Origin: a virus
Direction: 5' to 3' (one strand)
IMG/VR virus record: IMGVR_UViG_3300026210_000014
DNA: 21,105 bases
Shown: piece after piece, positions 9,301-18,800 of the stretch
How positions within the stretch are numbered: the first letter of the stretch is position 1
How the letters are laid out: each line of letters begins with the position of its first letter
Translations under genes and position numbers: made by a program
Notes under the pieces: generated by a model
What the model was told of the DNA's origin: nothing
Seen by the model: the letters and a program-made list of their open reading frames with translations, nothing else
Databases searched by the model: none

Positions 9301-9822
9301 GATGAGATTGTATATCGACCAGTAAAATATAAAATGTTATTTGGTCCTAATGCAGATAATACATTACAGGCTACATTTAAGGTTATTAAAAATTCTGACT
9401 TAACAATTACTGATAATGATATTAAAACTTCTGTAGTAGGTGCTATTAATCAATATTTTGCATTAGAAAATTGGACTTTTGGTGATTCGTTTTTTTATAC
9501 AGAATTAGCAACATATATTCATAATACATTGGCTCCAAAAGTGAGTTCGGTTGTTATTGTTCCAAATAAAGAAGATACAGTATTTGGATCATTATTCCAG
9601 ATAGAATCAAATAGTAATGAAATATTCATTAGTGGTGCTACTGTGAGTGATGTAGAAATTATATCATCTATTTCACAAGGAAATTTAAGAGCAAGTGGTA
9701 CAGTAGTAACATCATCTACTTCTTCAGCAACAACAACTACAGCAACATCGGGTGGGTCGACAGGAACGTCTACTACAACTACAACATCAACAACTACAAC
9801 ATCAACATCTTCGGGGTACTAA
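6334..9822 (+). CDS. gp6: Baseplate wedge subunit, gp6-like (baseplate J superfamily), enlarged to 1162 aa
   Basis: gp6-type motifs SYDFDTIRRTMIQYLR, LIDLIAYLGQNLSFRVDLNARENFIDTAQRRDSILRLARLLSYVPKR, LVFADGVFGDNP, ESNADIKANAPQAYYTNNRMTTAEDY and INQYFALENWTFGDSFFYTEL. It follows gp25. Confidence 0.9.
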   Translation: MATTDRQNSLLISQDWQKIYRSFQQADFLSYDFDTIRRTMIQYLRSNYPEDFNDYIESSEYIALIDLIAYLGQNLSFRVDLNARENFIDTAQRRDSILRLARLLSYVPKRNISAAGLLKINSVSTTESVTDSNGSDLSNTLISWNDPTNSNWFEQFITIINASLSGTQKFGSPAIRDLIGGVTTHQYKFATTNIDLPIFKFSRAINSQQMQFELVSATTRNQNYIYEESPIPGNRFGFLYRADGQGNASSNTGFFTMFKQGSLGFSEFTVTDPSPNTIVSIDKNNVNNSDVWLYDLTESGTLDNAWTKVPAVTGNNVIYNSVSETIRKLFSVNTRANDQIDLVFADGVFGDNPKGLFRAYYRSSINQTYTIRPKDMNNVSASFVYANSKGQTNTLTVSMSLQNTVDNATVTESNADIKANAPQAYYTNNRMTTAEDYQIVPLTQFQGIAKTKAVNRTASGISRYYDLIDPTGAYSSTNIFSDEGIVYKEEATSSTQFSFTSSGDIQNVIKNTIEPLLKSYAIKDFYYGSYTRQSTGTAYTWNLSSSATNAYTGYVLETGALAVGDYTTTNLKYLKVGSLLKFEPPTGYHFMDNGTLMAGAVGHSGSSSVLWTKVSKVVLDGSNYGTGNLEDGTGPITLVDKVPTDSILTEIIPAYSSDLSVSIETTAISYIKDYTTFGLTFNIDTGVWQLIVEENLNQDATFDLSNQGDTTETNLDASWVLQLVATNNVYTIKYRSLRYVFRSASKNRFFFDDDQKIFNATTGKIVNDQIKVLKFNTMPDSTVQLTEDYSFAIVGNRVLSTGYNDTREVYVSFRDSDDDGAVDNPDLFDSIVAPSTNVSEKYVYFKKDITKASDYYDTIASSDIVRASTDSAVTLTDYVNGQVFHFYSQGTIKQYDSSIGALVDVSSTYKAVVGRDSLNYNYEHAARYDRRIDPSVSNLIDLHILTTAYDTEYRQWIQNGQIGSEPTAPTTSSLRTSYNPTLSEYKNVSDEIVYRPVKYKMLFGPNADNTLQATFKVIKNSDLTITDNDIKTSVVGAINQYFALENWTFGDSFFYTELATYIHNTLAPKVSSVVIVPNKEDTVFGSLFQIESNSNEIFISGATVSDVEIISSISQGNLRASGTVVTSSTSSATTTTATSGGSTGTSTTTTTSTTTTSTSSGY
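9700..9819 (+). repeat. Thr/Ser low-complexity C-terminal tail of gp6
   Basis: TVVTSSTSSATTTTATSGGSTGTSTTTTTSTTTTSTSSGY, encoded by aca/act/tca triplet runs. Confidence 0.9.
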
Positions 9823-9825
9823 TAA

Positions 9826-12800
9826 ATGGCCACGGTGTCTAGAACAACCACTAAACAACTTCCTGAAGTATTTCAAACCGAAAGAAATAAAAAGTTTTTA
9901 AATGCAACATTAGATCAATTTACTCAAAAAGGTGAATTAGAAAAGATTAGTGGGTTTGTAGGGTCGAAAAAAGGACCAAGTTATAAATCTACTGATACGT
10001 ATTTTACAGAAAATACTGATGATAGGCAAAGTTATCAATTAGAACCAAGTGTAAATTATAAAAAAGATGATGGTACAATTGATTATTATGCATCATATGT
10101 TGATCTTATTAATCAAATAGAATTCTTAGGTGGTAATAAAACTAATCATCATCGTTTATTTGAGCAACAATCTCATTCTTGGGCACCCCCAGTTGATATC
10201 GATCCTTTAATAAATTATAGACATTATTATTGGTTACCAGAAGGACCTTCTGTTGTTCAAGTTGATATTACAAGGCCAGGAAGTATAAGCACAATAAAAG
10301 TAACCAGTAATGGTTCTAGTGGGTATAATTTTTCAGGATATAATGGTGATAATCCTGTATTAACATTATACAGAGGTAATACTTATAAATTTGAAGTTGA
10401 TGCTAAAGGACATCCATTTTATATTAAAACATCTAAAATTGACGGATCGACTTTACAATACGAAACTGATTATGTTACTAATCAAGGACAAGATGAAGGT
10501 ACAGTAACGTTTTCAGTACCTGAGTCAGACGCAAGTAGTTCTTTACCTGATATATTGTTTTATTCTTGTGGTAATCATACTTCAATGCAAGGATCAATTG
10601 TTATCGAAGACTTAGAAGACGGATTTACTACTGTTGATATAACCACAGAAGTTTTAGGTAAAAAAGAATATACTACACCTAATTCTGTTGTATTTGAGAA
10701 TGGATTAAAAATAAAATTTGCTGGAACAATACCAGCAAATTATAAAAATAAAGAATTTTATGTTGAAGGTGTTGGTGATCAGATTGTATTAATGTCAACA
10801 GATAGAATGATCGTACCTGAAACTTACAGTACGACTTCTGCTACAATAGTTTGGGATGCCGATGGTACAGAAAATTTTGATGAGAATCCATGGGATGCTG
10901 GCTTTGATGTGCCAAAATCAAAAGACTATTTTACTATAAACAGAAATAGTAAAGATTTTAATGCGTGGTCTAGATCTAATAGATGGTTTCATGAAAGTGT
11001 TTTAACAAATACTGCAACATACAATGGACATACCGTATCTTTAGATCAAACAAAAAGAGCCAAAAGACCTATTATACAATTTGAAGGTAATATACAATTA
11101 TACAATTATGGTGAAAAGGGATTGCCGCCAGTTACTGCGATAGAAACAAATTCATCTGATGCATTTTCGTTTGTAAATGGTCAACTAGGATATTATATTG
11201 ATGGTGTTGATCTTAAAAAAGGTGATAGAGTAATTTTTCAAAATGATTCAGATACTACTGTTAAAAGTAATATCTATGAAGTTGATTTTGTTACACTAAA
11301 TGATTCAACTACTGTTTTATATTTAGACTTAAAATTAGAAACGATAGGTCAAACTGGTCATACAGTAATTGTTAAAAATGGAACAAAAGGTAAAGGTAAA
11401 CAATATAGATTTGATGGTACAAGTTGGGTCGAATGTCAACAAAAGACAAAAGTTCAACAAACACCTTTGTTTGATCTTTATAATAATTCTGGTGTTTCTT
11501 TAAATGATTCAACTACATATCCTGCTTCATCATTTTCAGGTAATACATTATTTGAAGTAGCACAATCAACGTCTGGAACTACTGATACAGAATATGGATT
11601 AAAAATTAAGTATGAAAATTTTGGTACCGTTGCTGACATAACTTTCAATAATACAATTGCTACAAAAAGTATAACTTATCTAGATTCAGCAACAGCATCA
11701 AAAGTTAAAATTAATACTGAATCTGCTTATTATAAAAAAAATATAATTGATGTTGAAGTAGGAGTTGATAGTACAGTTTATACCACAGTAACTACATCAC
11801 TTGGAAATATGTGGACTAAACAAAAAAGTAAAACAAAACAACGTATCATTGATGTTATTGATGTAAGTGATGAATTAAAGTCATTTAAAGTTAAAACATA
11901 CGATAACGCATCTTCAGTAGTAGATTTAGAATTAACAGTATTTGTAAACAATGTAAAAAAGACACTAACAACAGATTATACATTAGAAACTAAAGGTGAT
12001 GATATTTTTGTAAAATTTGTTAAAAGTAGAACTATAGGAGATAAAATTGTTTTTGAATCTTATGCTCCTTATAATTCTAAAAATGATAATGGATATTATG
12101 AAGTACCAGATAATTTAGAACGTAATGGATTGAATAGTCCTGTAACTGAAGTAACATTAGGTGAATTAAGTAATCATGTTTTATCTATAACTGATAACTT
12201 ATCTGAGTTTAGTGGTACACAGCCGGGTAGTGGTAATTTAAAAGATATTGTAGATAATAAAAAATATGGTAGACGAATTATGCAACATGAAGGGTCGATA
12301 CCTTTAGCAACGTATAGTTTAACTCATCCAAATGCAAATTTTTATTCTGCAACAAAATATGTTGCTAAAGAATATACAAAATTTAAAAATTCTTTTATAA
12401 AAGAAATTACTACTAATACTAAAGATGGGGAAATACGAGATCAAGTTGATGCTATACTTAAAACTATTTCTGCAAATAAGTCAGAGGAATTTGCATTTTA
12501 CCATTCAGATATGATTGGTTGGGGCGAGAATTATACTAAATTGTCTTATACAGTTACAGATAATAATAATAAAACTTATGGATTAAGTGCTGTATTTGAC
12601 AAAACTAAATTAAGTGAAAAAGCAGTTCATGTTTGGGTTAATGATGTTCAAGTTTTATCTGGAACTGATTATAATTTTGACACCACAAGTGCAACATTAA
12701 CTTTTACATCTACATATACATTTGTTATAGGAGATAAAATTGAAATTCGAGAATATGATTCAACAATTGGAAGTCATGTTCCACTAACGCCAACAAAGTT

Positions 12801-15800
12801 AGGATTATATCCATCATATGAACCAAAAAAATATGTAGATGATACGTACAGAAGTCAATTTAATGACTCAACAGCAGTAACAGTAATTCAAGGGCATGAT
12901 GGCTCATTAATAAAAGCATATGGTGATATTAGAGATGACTTAATTTTAGATTTTGAGAAAAGAATTTATAATAACATTAAAGTTACATTTGATGAAACAA
13001 ATTTACATGATCTTCATGCTTCTCCAGGTAATTTTAGAAAGTCACCTTGGACACAAAGTGAATGGGACACTATAAAAAATAGATTATTTTTAGATTGGAC
13101 TGGTGATTATCAAATTGATTATACAACACATAGTTATTTTGATTCAGAAGATTCATTTACTTGGAATTATTCAAAAGTAAAAAATAGATTTGATGGAACA
13201 ATATTAAAAGGTTATTGGCGTGGAATATACAGAACTATGTATGATACAGATCGTCCACATACTCATCCATGGGAAATGTTAGGATTCTCAGCAAAACCAT
13301 CTTGGTGGGAAACACGTTATGGGGCGGCACCTTATACATCAGGCAATCTTATTTTATGGCAAGATTTAGAAAATGGGTTTATCTATTCAGGTTCACGAAT
13401 TGGAACTCATAGTCGATATGCTCGTAATGGATTGTCAGCATTCATTCCAGTTGATAGTAATGGTGATTTAAGAGCACCAAATGATTTTCTTGTAGATAGA
13501 ATTATTGCAAATCAAAGTGAAATGAATGACTCATTTGAAGCAGGTGATGGAGGACCAGCAGAAACATCTTGGATTAGATCGTCTGATTATCCATTTGCTG
13601 TACAAATTATTAATGCACTAACTTCACCAGCAAGATATTTTGGTGTATGTTGGGACACAGCAAGAATATTTAAAAATTCAGTAGAACAATATGTTTATAC
13701 AACAACAGGAACAGCAGTTCAACCAAAAAATTTTGTATTTTATGGTGACACATATACAGATGACAATAATGAAACTCAAACATATATGGGTGCAGGTTTG
13801 CACGTTTGGATTGTAGAATATCTTAAAGGAAAGAATTTTTCTTCTTTAACAAATTTTATAACACCGATAAAAAAATTAAGATTAAATCTTTCATATAAAT
13901 TAGGTGGGTTGTCAGATAAAACAAATTTAAAGGCAATTGCTGATGCGGTATCACCTGGTTCGAAAAGTAATAGTGTGTTTATTCCACAAGAAGATTATCA
14001 ATTATTTTTGAATACATCGTCACCTATTGTATCTGCAAATTATTCTGGAGTAATAGTACAAGTAACAGCAACTGGGTATAAAGTTATTGGATATGATCCA
14101 TTAATACGTTCATTTAAAATTTATGCACCAATTCAAACTCAAGTAAGTGGCAATTTGTCAATTGGACAAACAAGTGATGAATTTTCAAATTGGCAAATTG
14201 GCGGATTTTATGGAGCAGGATCTGTTATTAAGAATGATGGTGTATATTACAGAGTTAATACATCATTTACAGCAGGATCATCATTTGATGAAACAAGTAT
14301 AACTGAAATAGGTTCAACATTACCTCTTACAGGTGGTGTAACAGTAGCCAAATACACTACTTTTCATAATACTGTTACTACAGTTCCATATGGTACTGAA
14401 TATAAAACAGTACAAGAAGTGGCTAATTTTATTCAAGGTTATGAAAAATGGTTAGTGACACAAGGATTTAAATTTGATGCATTTTCTTCAGAAATGGATA
14501 CTAATACAGACTGGAGTTTAAGCATTAAAGAATTTATGTTTTGGTCTACACAGAACTGGGCAACAGGTACAGTAATAGCATTATCACCGTCATCACAATC
14601 TTTAGTATATGAAAACACTTCTGGGGTTATTGATACTTTGCTTAATCCATATGAAGGATATCTAGTTATGCAACAAGAAGGTATAGGTATTTCTATTAAT
14701 GATATTAATGTTGGTAGAAATAATAATACACTCACGTTATCAACAAGACCAGATTCAGATGGAATATATTTTGCTAAACTTAATGTAGTACAAAAAGAAC
14801 ATATAGTTTTATTTGAAAATTCAACAGTTTTTGCAGATGTTATCTATGATCCATCTTTAGGATTTAGGCAAGAGAGATTAAAACTTACAGGTTTTAAGAC
14901 ATCAGATTGGAATGGTGATTTGTTTGCACCAGGATTTGTTTATGATGAAGCAAAGATTGGAGACTGGACAGCATATAATGATTATAATTTAGGTGATGTT
15001 GTTAAGTATCAAACCAAATATTATGTTGCTAATCAACGACATTCTGGTACAGAAAAATTTATAAACAACCACTGGACTTTAAAAGATTCAGCACCTGCAC
15101 CAGCATTGTTACCAAACTTTGATTATAAAACTGCACAGTTTGAAGATTTTTATAATTTAGATACAGATAACTTTGATGAAGGGCAACAAAATTTCGCAAG
15201 ACACTTAATTGGATATCAACCTAGACAATATCTTGAAGACTTAGGTATTGCTGAATCGTCACAATATAAATTCTATCAAGGATTTATAAGAGAAAAAGGT
15301 ACAATTAATAGTATTACAAAAATGTTGAATGCTCAATTTAGGGCAGGAGAAACAAATACCTATAATGTTTATGAAGAATGGGCATTTAGAACAGGTAACT
15401 ATGGTGGCAAACGTACACAAGAAGACATTGAATATAAATTGGAATCAGATTCGTTCCATGAAAATCCACAACTTGCAAAATTCTTAATAGGTACTACTTC
15501 TAAAGATGCTAGTGACCCTGCTATGCAAATTAATAAAAATGATTTAACAATTTTACCAACTGATTATAATGGTGCACCTTTTATAGAATATGATAGTACT
15601 GCTAATAATGGAAGACATAGTGCTGATAGTGTGTTTAAATTTAGAAATGCAGGCCCAGTACCTTTTGATAAAATTGATTTTACTGCTTTAGATATTAATG
15701 ATTTAATTACAACACCAAATGTTGGTTTTTTTACAGTTGGAGATTATATTTGGATAGCAAAAAATAGATATAAAGTTTGGGATTTATATAGAGTACAAGA

Positions 15801-18800
15801 AACAGGTATAAGAATTACTCGATATGATAAATTTGAAAGTGATGGATCTACAGTATTAGGAAACGATCAAGTTCTTATTACAACTAATAAACCACACGGA
15901 CTGGCAGATTATGATTTAGTTATTTTATCAGATGTACACGCAAGTTTAGATGGAATATATCAAATTCCTGAAAGACAAACAATGGATTCGACTGTTTCTG
16001 AAAATACACAATTTTCAATCAAGTATTTAGACAAGCCTGAAGATGATGGATCATCGATGACAAAAGATGGAAAATTATTAAAATTAGTGTCAATGAAATT
16101 TGCGGATACATCATCAATTAATACATTTGCTCCACCACGTGGTTGGCTTAAAGATGATATAGTAACAGTTACAAATGATTATGAAACTAATAGTGCAGGT
16201 CGTTGGGTAAATTATGAAAATACATTACCATATATTCAAAATACATTAACGTACGATTATAATGTTGCTCAATTTAGTGAATTTGGACACGCAATAGCAG
16301 GTGATAAATTAGGGTATAATATTTGGATTAGTGCTCCAGGTGATCAGGGTGGAAAATTATATCTTCATACTAGGTCAGTTTATAGTAGTAATTTTGATAA
16401 CATATTTGGGATATTTCCATCACATACAAGTGATTCAGCCGCAAGTTTAACTGGCACACTTACAGTAACAAATGGTAGTACATCAGTTACTGGTGCTGGT
16501 ACATTATTTGTATCTGAATTAGCAGTTGGAGATAGGTTTAGAACACCAACCAATAAACGTTATACAGTAGTTTCAATTGAGAGTAATACAGCATTAACTA
16601 TCGAAGAAGATGGAGATGGTAATGAGGCGTCATCGGCTTGTAAAAAAACACAATTCGATAGATGGGGACACGCAATGGCATTGGCTTCATCAACAGAAGA
16701 TAAAATGTTAGTATCTGCACCATTTGCCAGTGGATTTGTTAAAGTGGTTACATTAGAAAGTGGAGATTTTTCTACAGCACCAACGTATGTAGTAGGTAAT
16801 ACAATTGTTATTACGCATAGTGATGGATCAACAGTGATTGGTTCAGGAAGAATTAAATCTTGGAATTCATCAACATTTGTAATGGCAATTGAAACAGATA
16901 CAATTATCGGAGCCGGTTATATGCTAACGTCTACAAGTTCAGATGGCAGTACAACAACAACAGGTTATGTTGCAGGTGCTGAAACAATATTAGCAGGCGA
17001 AGGATATGCTGAAATATTAAACAAAGATTCTTCAGGTAACTGGGGGTCAATTCAAACTGTAACAGGAAATCCTCCAGCATCGAATGAAAATTTTGGTACA
17101 TCAGTTGCAATATCAGGAGACAGTAATTGGGCAATTTTTGGTGTACCAGGTGCTTCTTCTAATAGAGGTAGAGTAGAAGTTTATAAATTAAACACTACAA
17201 CAAATTTATATGAGTATAATGCATCAATAACACCAGCAGATGCATTGAATGGTGACAAGGTTGGGTATTCGGTAGCCACTAATAAAACTGGTAGTATTAT
17301 TGCCATTGGTGCTCCATTTCATGCAACAACAGGTTTAGATTCAACTAATACAAACGGAGCAGTTTTTGTTTTTTCAAATTCTACTACTGGAACATTCGAT
17401 CAAATTGGTAAACTTGTTCCTAATACAAAACAAATTGATTTAGAATTTGGTTATAGTGTTGCAATGAGTGAAGATGCGTCGTCAGTTATTGTTGGCGCTC
17501 CAGGGTATAATCAAGGAACGTCAGATTCAACGTTAGCCGGTATTACAGATCAAGGAAAAGTATTTTATTTTAAATTAAACACAGAAACATTTACAGCAGA
17601 TGGGTCGTCAACAGAGTATGCATTAACATTCACTCCAACAGATGAAGAAGAAATAGGTTTATATAAAGCAGGAACAGATAGTACAGAAGCTTGGTCCGAT
17701 GAAAGTACTGTTGATGTATGGAATGTAGATGGATCAACTGCAAAAATAACATTTGCAAGTGCACCATCACCAAATATAATTTATACTGTATATAGGTGGA
17801 CTGAACAACAAGGTATTATATCTAATGCTGTAGACGAATTTAATAGGTTTGGTGAAAAAGTTGTTTTACATCCAACTTTGAATACTTTAGCAATATCAAG
17901 TAAAAATGCAGTATTAAACAAAATAATAACATTTGACAAATATCTAGATGATGGATCTACAGTACTTGATGAAACTACTTTTGATATGGGAACAACAAGA
18001 TTTGTTGACCCACAAAGCGAAGCCGGTAATGTAAGAGTTTATAGTATGTACGGATCTTATTATGTAATGGATCAATTATTATCATCTAACACTATTGATG
18101 TAGGTGATAAGTTTGGAACAGGTGTTGCTATAACAAATAGATCAGTATTTGTAGGCGCAACAAAAGATGATACTAAAGCATTAGATAGTGGGTTAGTAAT
18201 AGACTTTGATAAAGGTTCGTCAACCACAGTAGGTTGGGAAGAAATTTCTTCACAAGATGACTTAATTAATCCGTATAGTATTAAACAAAATTACTTGTAT
18301 GATACAAATACTAATAGAACATTAGGATTCTTTGATTGGATTGACCCAATTAAAGGAAAACTTCCTGGTCCAGCAGATGCTGAATTAAAATTTATAAGTG
18401 ATCATGATCCTGCTTTGTATAATGAATTAAGTGTTGCTCTTATAAAACAGGTTAATAAAATTAATCTTGATACTGTTAATCCATGGAGGAGATACCATGT
18501 TGGTGAACTTTGGTTGGATACTTCTAAATTAGTTTATCAATGGTATGAGCAAGGAACAGCAGAGTACAGAAATACTAATTGGGGTAAGTTATTTCCAGGA
18601 TCAACAGTTGATGTATATGAATGGGTAGAATCAGATTATACACCTGATGAATGGAGGAATTTAACTAATACTCCCGAAGGTGATGCACTTGGCATCACTG
18701 GACGACCTAGATCAACTTTATATTTTAGTAGTGAAGAATACTGGGATATAGAAACTCTATCTTATAAAACAAAATACTATTACTGGGTACGAGGGACTAC

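Noticed and set aside
6287-9825. gp25 and gp6 both end in TAC-TAA-TAA
   Set aside because: Tandem TAA stops are common in AT-rich genomes, and two cases do not support a dedicated signal.
17599-17613. DGSST at 17599 as a member of the DST motif set
   Set aside because: It matches the commonly seen 'TF-x-GDGSTT-x-F-x-L' start of a phage Ig-like module, so it is probably fold-related. It was excluded from the count.
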